64,000 nucleotides of DNA, from positions 2,187,792-2,251,791 of the forward strand of contig OZ241332.1 of the NCBI GenBank assembly GCA_965200125.1, in the 5' to 3' direction. Under the pieces are notes generated by a model. The model ran no database searches. It saw only the letters and a program-made list of their open reading frames with translations, and was not told where the DNA came from. Position numbers and translations under genes: made by a program. Source of the stretch: an uncultured Candidatus Binatia bacterium (lineage in GTDB: Bacteria; Desulfobacterota; Binatia; Bin18). The first letter of the stretch is position 1, and each line of letters begins with the position of its first letter. Below are positions 56,122-64,000 of this stretch, piece after piece.

Positions 56122-58308
56122 TCAACGGACTTCCGACACTCCCTGTCTTGCAAACATGAGGCGCCACGGGATCCGCCGGCTCGACAGCCACAGCACCAGC
56201 CCGACCAGGATCACGAGGGAGAGCACCCCCGCGGCGACCGGCAACAGGGCGTCGGCCGGGGCACGCGGCAGGAATTGCGAGACTGCGATCGCGCCCACGA
56301 TCACGTATAGATAGATGCTGAGGTTGCCGGTCTGGATCTGGCGCAGGCGGTTGCCGATGCCGAACGTCACGTCGGCCAGCGCGTTCACCAGTCCGTCGAT
56401 CACGGAGGAGTCGAAGAGTCCGACGACCCGGCCGAGCAGGCCGGTCAGTTTGGCAGCGCCGTTGACGACGAAGTCGATCACGCCGAGGTCGAAGCCGAAA
56501 CACAGCCGGCTCAGCCCCAGCGTCCCGCGCACGCCCGTCGCGTCGTACGCCTCGTCGACGTAGTACTTGTTGTACACTGCCCGATACGGCACGCCGTTGC
56601 CGATAGCGGCGAAGGTATCCGGAGACACGGCCCGCCGGTAATACATCGCGTATGCCAGCCCGATGCCGCCCGCGGCAATCGTGACCGACGCGGCCATCAG
56701 CACGTATTCGATCATCACGTCGTGGTGGCCGGCGCCGTGCCCGCCGCCGCCGTGGCCGGCGCTCAAGACGGGCGCCAGCCAGTGCTCCAATACGTTGCTT
56801 CCACCCAGGGCCGGCGGAACGCCCAGGAACCCGGCGAAGATCGCGCCCAACGCCAACACGATGAGCGGAACCGTCATCGCCGGCGGGGATTCGTGCAGAT
56901 GCGCACGGGTATGCTCGTCCGCCCGGTTTTCGCCGAAAAAGACCATGAACACCTGACGGAACATGTAGAACGCCGTCAACCCGGCCGCGGCGAAGCCGAT
57001 CGCCCACAACAGCGGATGCCCGCCGGAGAAGGTCAGCCACAGAATTTCGTCCTTCGAGAAGAACCCGGCCAGCGGCGGAATGCCCGCAATGGCGACGGTG
57101 GAGATGAGGAACGTCCAGAACGTCAGCGGCATCTTGTCCTTGAGGCCGCCCATCTTGCGCATGTCCTGCTCGTCGCCCATCGCGTGGATGACGCTCCCCG
57201 ACCCGAGGAACAGGCACGCCTTGAAGAACGCATGCGTCATCAGATGGAAGAACGCGGCGCCGTACGCCCCGACGCCCACGCCGAGCACCATGTAGCCGAG
57301 TTGGCTGACCGTGGAATAGGCCAGCACTTTCTTGATGTCGAATTGGGCGAGCCCGATCGTCGCCGCGAACACCGCGGTCAGGGCGCCGACGGTCGCCACG
57401 ACGCCCAACGCCACCGGCGACATCGAGAACAGAAAGTGCAGGCGCACCATCATGTACACGCCGGCCGTCACCATCGTCGCGGCGTGGATCAACGCGCTGA
57501 CCGGGGTCGGGCCGGCCATGGCGTCGGGCAGCCAGACGTACAGCGGAATCTGCGCGGACTTTCCGGCCGCACCCACGAACAGGCACAGCGCGGCCAGCGT
57601 GACCGCCGGCACCCCGAAGACCAGGTGGCCGTCGAGATGATGGACCAGGTGGCTCAGGTCGCGGAACACCGCGCTCGTGCCGTGTCCGGCCTCGAACAGA
57701 CTCCAGAAGAGAATGAAGATGCCGAGGGTGAATCCGGCGTCGCCGATCCGGTTGACGATGAACGCCTTGTTGCCGGCCGTGGTGTTGGCGTGCTCTTTGT
57801 ACCAGAACCCGATCAGGCCGTACGAACACAGTCCCACGCCTTCCCAGCCCACGAACATCAGCAGGAGGTTGTCGGCCAGCACGAGCGTCAGCATGGCCGC
57901 GGTGAACAGGTTCAAATACGCGAAAAAGCGCCAATACGCCTCGTCGTCGTGCATGTAGCCGGTCGAATAGAGGTGAATCAGCCCGCCGATGCCGGTCACG
58001 ACGAGCACCATCACGCACGACAGTGGATCGACGACGAACGCGATGTCCACGCGGAGCGAGCCGATGTGAATCCAGCGCAGTAGCGTGTCGAGCAGCGCCC
58101 GTTCGTTCGGCTCCAGCCCCAGGAGTTGGAACCAGGCGACGAGCGCCAGGAGAAACGACGCGCCGACCGTGCCGCAGGCGATCGCACTGACGACCGGCTT
58201 GCCGTAGCGCTTCTGGAGCGTCGCCCCAAGGATCCCGGTCACGCCCGCGCCGAGCAAGGGCAACAGGACGATCCAGCGGAGGTAGGACACGAGCAGCGGG
58301 TGGTCCAT
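56122..58308 (-). CDS. nuoL: NADH-quinone oxidoreductase subunit L (728 aa, long)
   Basis: MFVGWEGVGLCSYGLIGFWY motif. Confidence 0.9.
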   Translation of the reverse strand: MDHPLLVSYLRWIVLLPLLGAGVTGILGATLQKRYGKPVVSAIACGTVGASFLLALVAWFQLLGLEPNERALLDTLLRWIHIGSLRVDIAFVVDPLSCVMVLVVTGIGGLIHLYSTGYMHDDEAYWRFFAYLNLFTAAMLTLVLADNLLLMFVGWEGVGLCSYGLIGFWYKEHANTTAGNKAFIVNRIGDAGFTLGIFILFWSLFEAGHGTSAVFRDLSHLVHHLDGHLVFGVPAVTLAALCLFVGAAGKSAQIPLYVWLPDAMAGPTPVSALIHAATMVTAGVYMMVRLHFLFSMSPVALGVVATVGALTAVFAATIGLAQFDIKKVLAYSTVSQLGYMVLGVGVGAYGAAFFHLMTHAFFKACLFLGSGSVIHAMGDEQDMRKMGGLKDKMPLTFWTFLISTVAIAGIPPLAGFFSKDEILWLTFSGGHPLLWAIGFAAAGLTAFYMFRQVFMVFFGENRADEHTRAHLHESPPAMTVPLIVLALGAIFAGFLGVPPALGGSNVLEHWLAPVLSAGHGGGGHGAGHHDVMIEYVLMAASVTIAAGGIGLAYAMYYRRAVSPDTFAAIGNGVPYRAVYNKYYVDEAYDATGVRGTLGLSRLCFGFDLGVIDFVVNGAAKLTGLLGRVVGLFDSSVIDGLVNALADVTFGIGNRLRQIQTGNLSIYLYVIVGAIAVSQFLPRAPADALLPVAAGVLSLVILVGLVLWLSSRRIPWRLMFARQGVSEVR

Positions 58309-58311
58309 GTC

Positions 58312-58635
58312 CTATCCCTGCAGGCTGTCGACGGCTTCGACGTCAATGGAGGAGAAGTTCTGGTAAATGCCCAGCACGATGGCCAAGCCGATGACCGCTT
58401 CCGCGGCCGCCAGCATGATGACGAAGATGGCGAACACTTGGCCGTCGTAGTTCCCGGAGGAGAAGTGGGAGAAGGCGATGTAGTTGATGTTGGCGGAGTT
58501 CAGGATCAACTCGACGCCCAGCAGGATGCCGATGGCGTTCTTGCGGGTCAGCACGCAGTACAGGCCGAGCAGAAAGACGGCCAGACTCACGAACAGGAAA
58601 TGCCGGAGCCCTATTGTGAGCAGCACGTCTTCCAT
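58312..58635 (-). CDS. nuoK: NADH-quinone oxidoreductase subunit K
   Basis: 107 aa, 3 TM helices. Confidence 0.9.
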   Translation of the reverse strand: MEDVLLTIGLRHFLFVSLAVFLLGLYCVLTRKNAIGILLGVELILNSANINYIAFSHFSSGNYDGQVFAIFVIMLAAAEAVIGLAIVLGIYQNFSSIDVEAVDSLQG

Positions 58636-58710
58636 AACGGGGTATGAATCAAGGCGGGCCGGGCCGTCCTCAATACGGGCAGAGCGGAAATCGAGGGATG
58701 GCCCCGGGCG

Positions 58711-59226
58711 TTATCCGTCGGGCGTGCTGCCGCGCAGTTCCTTCCTCGACACCACTACCGCGCCGATCAGCGCCACGAGCAGCACCACCGACGCGAGCTC
58801 GAAGGGCAGGATGTACGGCCCGAGGAACGCCTCGCCGATGCCGGACGTCGTGGGCTCGACGACCGGGTCGGCATGTTCCGCCCACGGTGCCTGTCCCACG
58901 CACAACCCCATCAGCACCGCCACGACGGCAAGCATCAGGGCCGCAGGGACCCTTCCCACGGTCCGGTTGGAGACCTCCACGTCGGCAATCCGGTGCGTCA
59001 GCATGACCGCGAACAGGATCAACACGAGAATCCCGCCGATGTAGAGCATGACCTGGATGACGGCCACGAAATCCGCGGCCAGATAAGCGTACAGACCGGC
59101 CACGCCCATGAACGCGCCGAGCAGCGCAAAGGCCGAATAGACCAAGTTGCGGGACAGCGCCACGATCAGCGCCGAGCCGATCGTCAGCGCGGCGAGCAGG
59201 TAGAAAATCAGTGCCTGAACCGGCAT
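58711..59226 (-). CDS. nuoJ: NADH-quinone oxidoreductase subunit J
   Basis: Operon position; TM profile. Confidence 0.85.
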   Translation of the reverse strand: MPVQALIFYLLAALTIGSALIVALSRNLVYSAFALLGAFMGVAGLYAYLAADFVAVIQVMLYIGGILVLILFAVMLTHRIADVEVSNRTVGRVPAALMLAVVAVLMGLCVGQAPWAEHADPVVEPTTSGIGEAFLGPYILPFELASVVLLVALIGAVVVSRKELRGSTPDG

Positions 59227-59245
59227 ATCCGAATTTCAGCACGGA

Positions 59246-59830
59246 CTAGCCGGCCGCCTCTTCCTGCTCTTTCTTGTATTTTTTCAGATCGACGGGCTCG
59301 GCGAACTCGGCCAGGAATCCCATCCCGCGGTCCAGGATGGGCGCGATCAACGGATCGGTCTCCTCGCCTTTCTTGGCTTTGTAGGCCAGCACCGGGTCCT
59401 TGACGAAACGGCGGATCATGCTCTCCAACGAGTAATCCGCCCCTTCGAACTCGGTCGTGTGATGGATGGAGCCGGTCGGGCACACCTCGCTGCACAGCCC
59501 GCAATACATGCACTTGGCGATGTCGATGTCGAAGCGGCTAAGCAGCATGGCGCGCGTTGCTTTATCCTTCGGTGCGTCGATCACGATACAGTCAATGGGA
59601 CAGGCCCGCTCACACGCCAGGCAGCCGGTACAGATCTCCAGGTCGACTTCCAGGATGCCGCGGTAGCGGAGCGGCAGCGTATCCTGTACGCGGACCGGCA
59701 GCCGGTCGGGATATTGGATGGTGTACGGTTTGCGCACGAAGTGGGACATGGTGACGCTCATGCCCTCGAAAATCGTGGCGACCGCGTCTTTCGCGTGTGT
59801 GAGATACTGCCGTATTCCGGTGCCGGTCAC
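59246..59830 (-). CDS. nuoI: NADH-quinone oxidoreductase subunit I (2x[4Fe-4S]). GTG start with RBS GGTGAGGAGG. The track ORF 59246..61051 is a spurious in-frame over-extension through nuoH
   Basis: CTGCLACERACP and CMYCGLCSEVCP cysteine clusters. Confidence 0.85.
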   Translation of the reverse strand: MTGTGIRQYLTHAKDAVATIFEGMSVTMSHFVRKPYTIQYPDRLPVRVQDTLPLRYRGILEVDLEICTGCLACERACPIDCIVIDAPKDKATRAMLLSRFDIDIAKCMYCGLCSEVCPTGSIHHTTEFEGADYSLESMIRRFVKDPVLAYKAKKGEETDPLIAPILDRGMGFLAEFAEPVDLKKYKKEQEEAAG

Positions 59831-59850
59831 GGACGTATCCTCCTCACCGC

Positions 59851-61041
59851 CTACACTGCGGGATTGAAATACAACTCGGGCTTGGCGCGCTGCAAATGAT
59901 ACACCACGCGCCGCAGGAACAGCACAACGAAGACCAGTGCGCCGGCGAACATCACGAAAGAGGGGACGCGGGTGCCGTCCGGCCAGAGCACCATCCACAC
60001 CGCGACCCCGACGAGATTCACGAAGCCGAGCGGCACGAGGTACTTCCAGCACAGCGACATCATCTGATCGACACGAATGCGCGGCAACGTCGCCCGAATC
60101 CACATCGCCAGGAACACCCAGAAGTACGCTTTGAGGAAGAAGACGGTGAACTGCGCCACGTTCAGCAGCACGGCGTTGTCCGTCCAGCCCGTGGGAATCT
60201 GCCAGCCGCCCAGGAACAGGATCGCCATGAGCGCGCCCGTCACGTACAGGCTGCCCCACTCGGCCAGGAAGAACAGCGCGAAACGGAAGCCGCTGTACTC
60301 GGTCGCGAAGCCGGCCACCAACTCGGATTCGGCTTCGGGAATGTCGAACGGGGTACGGTTGGTCTCCGCGAGCGCCGAAATATAGAAGGCGAGTGCGGCC
60401 AGAAACGTGAACGGGCTGTAGAAGATGAACCAGTCCCACGGCGCCCAACCCTGCGCCTGGATGATCCCCTGCGTGCTCAGTGTTCCGGTCAGCAGGACGA
60501 TGGGCAACAACGCCAGTCCGGCAGGAATTTCGTAGCTCACGACTTGCGCGGCCGAGCGGATCCCGCCCAGTAGCGACCACTTGTTGTTCGACGCCCAGCC
60601 GGCCATCAGGACCCCGACCGCGGACAACGCGACGATGGCGACCACGTACAGGATGCCGACGTTGAGGTCGGCAATCACCAGCGCGCTGCTGAACGGGATC
60701 ACGACGAAGGTGGCGAGAAAGCCCCAGACGAGCAGATACGGCGCAAAGAGGAAAAGCGGTCGGTCCGCGGCCTCGGGAACGACATCCTCCTTCATCAGGT
60801 TCTTCACGCCGTCGGCCAGCCCTTGCAGGACGCCCTGCGGCCCGACCCGGTTCGGCCCGACCCGGGACTGGATGCGCGACCAGACCCGCCGCTCCAGCCA
60901 GATGGTGACCGTCACCAAGGGCAGCACGAAGCCGAACACGACGACCGATGCGAACAGGAACATCAGCGCGGCATACACGATTTCCGCGGGCACGCCGCCG
61001 ACGATTCCGCTGGCGATCAGGCCGTCGATGAAGCTCTGCAT
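59851..61041 (-). CDS. nuoH: NADH-quinone oxidoreductase subunit H
   Basis: ND1 family sequence. Confidence 0.9.
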   Translation of the reverse strand: MQSFIDGLIASGIVGGVPAEIVYAALMFLFASVVVFGFVLPLVTVTIWLERRVWSRIQSRVGPNRVGPQGVLQGLADGVKNLMKEDVVPEAADRPLFLFAPYLLVWGFLATFVVIPFSSALVIADLNVGILYVVAIVALSAVGVLMAGWASNNKWSLLGGIRSAAQVVSYEIPAGLALLPIVLLTGTLSTQGIIQAQGWAPWDWFIFYSPFTFLAALAFYISALAETNRTPFDIPEAESELVAGFATEYSGFRFALFFLAEWGSLYVTGALMAILFLGGWQIPTGWTDNAVLLNVAQFTVFFLKAYFWVFLAMWIRATLPRIRVDQMMSLCWKYLVPLGFVNLVGVAVWMVLWPDGTRVPSFVMFAGALVFVVLFLRRVVYHLQRAKPELYFNPAV

Positions 61042-61068
61042 GGCGGCGCACTCGTACCCGATTCGGGA

Positions 61069-62223
61069 TTAGCGGTCAACTTCGGGGGCGACCACGTCGA
61101 GGCTGGCGATGAGCGCGATCAGGTCGGCCAGCATGATCCCGCGGCTCAGCTTGTCCACGATGCTCATGGCCGAAAACGACCCGGTGCGGATCTTCGTGCG
61201 GTAAGGAAATTCGCTCCCATCGCTGACCACGTACCAGCCCATGTCGCCCCGCGATGCCTCGACGCGCACGAACGCGTCGCCGGCCGGCGGCTTGAGCTTC
61301 TTGGCGACCCTGGCCAGCACGGGGCCGTCGGGGATCGTGTCCAGACACTGGCGCACGATCTTGCACGATTCCTTCATTTCCTTGACGCGGACCATGTAGC
61401 GGTCGAAACAGTCGCCCAGCGTGCCGACTTCACCGGTGCCGACCGGCACGTCGAACTCTAGCTCGGGATAGATGGAGTACGGTTCGTCGCGCCGCACGTC
61501 GAACCGAAACCCGCAGCCGCGCAGGTTGGGGCCGACCAGGTTGTAATTGATCGCCTCGTCCTTGGGGACGACTGCCACGTTCGCCAAGCGCTCGACGTAG
61601 ATTTTGTTGTAGGAGATCAGATCGTTGTACTCGTCGATGAGCGGCTCGAACTGGGCCAGAAACGCGCGGACCTGGTCCGGGTATCCGGGCGGCAGGTCCC
61701 AGGCCACGCCGCCGATGCGCATGTAGTTGAACGTCAGCCGGGCGCCGCACAAATCTTCGAGCAGGTTGTTTACCTTCTCCCGCTCGCGGATCGCGTGCGT
61801 GAACGGCGTCATCCCGCCGATGTCCATGACCATCGTCCCGACCGAGAGCAGGTGGCTGGCGATGCGGCCCAGTTCGCAGGCGATCACGCGGCAGAACTCA
61901 CCTCGCCGCGGGACCTCGATCCCCGCGGCCCGTTCGCACACCATGGCCCAGCCCTGGTTGCACTGCATGGCCGACACGTAGTCGACGCGGTCGGTGTACG
62001 GCATGAAGCCGTGATAGCCGACCTTCTCGGAGATTTTCTCGATCGAGCGGTGCAGGTAGCCGATGTCGGGGATGGCGGTTCGCATGATTTCGCCGTCGGC
62101 CTTGATGACGAAACGCAACACCCCGTGCGTACTGGGATGCTGCGGCCCCATGTTCAGGGTCATTTCTTCGGTCGCCAGCCCGTCGCCGCGCTGCACCTCG
62201 AACTCGTAGCCTGCCAGACTCAT
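61069..62223 (-). CDS. nuoD: NADH-quinone oxidoreductase subunit D
   Basis: 49-kDa subunit sequence. Confidence 0.9.
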   Translation of the reverse strand: MSLAGYEFEVQRGDGLATEEMTLNMGPQHPSTHGVLRFVIKADGEIMRTAIPDIGYLHRSIEKISEKVGYHGFMPYTDRVDYVSAMQCNQGWAMVCERAAGIEVPRRGEFCRVIACELGRIASHLLSVGTMVMDIGGMTPFTHAIREREKVNNLLEDLCGARLTFNYMRIGGVAWDLPPGYPDQVRAFLAQFEPLIDEYNDLISYNKIYVERLANVAVVPKDEAINYNLVGPNLRGCGFRFDVRRDEPYSIYPELEFDVPVGTGEVGTLGDCFDRYMVRVKEMKESCKIVRQCLDTIPDGPVLARVAKKLKPPAGDAFVRVEASRGDMGWYVVSDGSEFPYRTKIRTGSFSAMSIVDKLSRGIMLADLIALIASLDVVAPEVDR

Positions 62224-62370
62224 GCGATCCTCCAGCCTCGGGAACGCTTCTCCCGCGGCCGCGTCGGGTTTCGGGTGTTCGCCCTGCCGGGCTCGTTCCT
62301 TCCCGCAAGGGCGAATTCAGATGTCATCGGAGCGGGAGCCAGCGGCAGGATAGGAGGAGATACTGCGGTG

Positions 62371-62865
62371 TTACTTGAGCAAGCTTTCCCGCCGCGTGCT
62401 GATACCGTGGTATTCCTCGGGCTCGATGAAATCTTTGCGCAGCGGGTGTCCCACCCAGTCTTCCGGCATGAGCAGCCGCCGCAGGTCGGAGTGCCCGGTG
62501 AATTCGATCCCCAGCAGGTCATAGACCTCGCGCTCCAGCCAGTTCGCCGCCTTCCAGATACTTTCCACCGACGGCATCCGCGGCTCCTCGCGCGGGACGT
62601 TCGCCTTGATGACCAGCAAATGCCGGTGCGTATAGGAGTAGAGATGCAGCACGACCTGCAACTGCTCCTCTTTTATCAAGTCCACGCCGGACAGATTCGA
62701 GAGACAGTCGAACGCCAGATCCGGGTCGTCGTGCAGAAAACGACACACGTCGAGAATCTGTCCGGGATCGATCACCACGAACGGGTCGAGTGCATCCGGC
62801 TCGAAGGCCAGCACGGCCTCCCCGAACCGGGCCTGTAACCGTTCGTGAATCTGGGCGGGATTCAT
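62371..62865 (-). CDS. nuoC: NADH-quinone oxidoreductase subunit C
   Basis: 30-kDa subunit sequence. Confidence 0.9.
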   Translation of the reverse strand: MNPAQIHERLQARFGEAVLAFEPDALDPFVVIDPGQILDVCRFLHDDPDLAFDCLSNLSGVDLIKEEQLQVVLHLYSYTHRHLLVIKANVPREEPRMPSVESIWKAANWLEREVYDLLGIEFTGHSDLRRLLMPEDWVGHPLRKDFIEPEEYHGISTRRESLLK

Positions 62866-62898
62866 GGGGAGCGCCGACTCGCTGTGCCGGGGTCGGGC

Positions 62899-63399
62899 TC
62901 AGGCAGCGATCTGGGCCGCGGAGCCTTTGACCAACCAGCGCTCCTGCATCATCTTCTCTTGCAGCTTGAGCAGCCCTTCGGTCAGCGCCTCGGGCCGCGG
63001 GGGACAGCCGGGAACGTACACGTCCACCGGAATCACCTTGTCGACGCCGTCACAGACCGAATAGGCGAGTTGGAACAACCCGCCGCAGTTCGAGCAACTG
63101 CCCATCGAGATGACGTATTTCGGGTCGGGCATCTGGTCGTAGAGCACCTTGGTCCGCAGCGCCATCTTGAGCGTCAGCGTGCCGGCGATGATCATCATGT
63201 CGGATTGACGCGGGGTCGCCCGCGGGGCTGCGCCGAAACGTTCGAGATCGGCCCTAGGTCCGCCGGTCTGCATCAGTTCGATCGCGCAACAGGCCAGCCC
63301 GAACAGCATGTACCACACGGACGATTTTCTGGTCCAATTCAGGACCTCGTCCAGTTTCGTCGTGAGTACCATCTCGGGCACACTGTTGATCAGAGACAT
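62899..63399 (-). CDS. nuoB: NADH-quinone oxidoreductase subunit B
   Basis: [21 protein letters not shown] cluster N2 cysteines. Confidence 0.95.
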   Translation of the reverse strand: MSLINSVPEMVLTTKLDEVLNWTRKSSVWYMLFGLACCAIELMQTGGPRADLERFGAAPRATPRQSDMMIIAGTLTLKMALRTKVLYDQMPDPKYVISMGSCSNCGGLFQLAYSVCDGVDKVIPVDVYVPGCPPRPEALTEGLLKLQEKMMQERWLVKGSAAQIAA

Positions 63400-63848
63400 G
63401 CGTCCTCCTCACGCGGCTTCGGGCAGGTCGGAATTTTCCGCGGATGGTTCGGGTTCGGCGGGAGCCGGTGCAGACGTTTGAGCCATTCGAGATCGCGCTT
63501 GGCCCAGACGTACACCAAGCCGACGACGAGAATCCCCAGGAAAATGAGGATCTCGGTGAGCGCGAACAGCCCTCGCCCGGCCAGCAGCCAGTCGCGGAAG
63601 GCCACGGCGACGGGGAAGATGAACGCGACCTCGATCTCGAAGATCACGAAGACCAGGGCGATCAGATAGAAGCGGATGTTGAAATTGATCCAGGCGCTGC
63701 CGGTCGGCGGCTCCCCGCACTCGTACGTCGTCAGTTTCTTGTGTTCCGGATTGTATGGACGGAGCAGCTTCCCGATTGCCAAGTGCACGGCACAGAACGC
63801 CAGCGCCAGAATGGAGAAGACCAGAACGTTACCGAGGTTGAACAGCAC
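63390..63848 (-). CDS. nuoA: NADH-quinone oxidoreductase subunit A (start approximate)
   Basis: ND3-like 3-TM protein; first gene of the operon. Confidence 0.8.
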   Translation of the reverse strand: MLFNLGNVLVFSILALAFCAVHLAIGKLLRPYNPEHKKLTTYECGEPPTGSAWINFNIRFYLIALVFVIFEIEVAFIFPVAVAFRDWLLAGRGLFALTEILIFLGILVVGLVYVWAKRDLEWLKRLHRLPPNPNHPRKIPTCPKPREEDACL

Positions 63849-64000
63849 GGTGAGAATTCTCCCTTCCCAAGCGGACCCGAGGACGGATTCGCCCGTGCAT
63901 TCTCTCTCGACCGCCGGAAAGCCTCGACCGCTTCCGTTCTACAACGGCGGCGCGCCACGGGCAGGCTCTCTATACTCCGCCTGCCCCCGATGGGCAAGTT

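Noticed and set aside
62220-62522. 100-aa ORF spanning the nuoC-nuoD spacer
   Set aside because: It is out of frame with and overlaps nuoC, and it has a low-complexity composition.

Overview
High-GC (~68%) chromosomal segment from a diderm bacterium (lptD, lptF and lptG are present). Nearly every gene is on the minus strand. From high to low coordinate the window holds: an 11-subunit nuoABCDHIJKLMN operon with no nuoEFG; a five-gene tRNA cluster (Pro-Arg-His-Lys-Leu); tig-clpX-lon with no clpP; tRNA-Val and tRNA-Asp; rplM-rpsI; lptFG on the plus strand; rlmB; thrU-tyrU-glyT-thrT-tuf(copy 2)-rpmG; tRNA-Trp; and then one uninterrupted co-directional array secE-nusG-rplKAJL-rpoBC-rpsLG-tuf(copy 1)-S10-spc-alpha operons. 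That array lacks fusA, adk and infA. It ends at a clear rho-independent terminator, followed by a small membrane ORF, trpDCFBA-accD-folC-lptD, a roughly 450-bp nest of degenerate direct and inverted repeats, and an hldC-like heptose adenylyltransferase. The most interesting signal is at the window start: a lower-GC (~55-61%) cas6(Cas6e/f-like) gene immediately followed (ATGA overlap) by cas3 (HD plus DExH). Cas6-first followed directly by cas3 is not a canonical type I gene order. No CRISPR array is visible and the rest of the locus lies beyond the window edge. cas3 is absent from the ORF track because it runs off the edge. I translated it by hand: 441 codons with no stop. Many long ORFs in the track are high-GC antisense artefacts or N-terminal over-extensions; real starts were re-derived from RBS and conservation.
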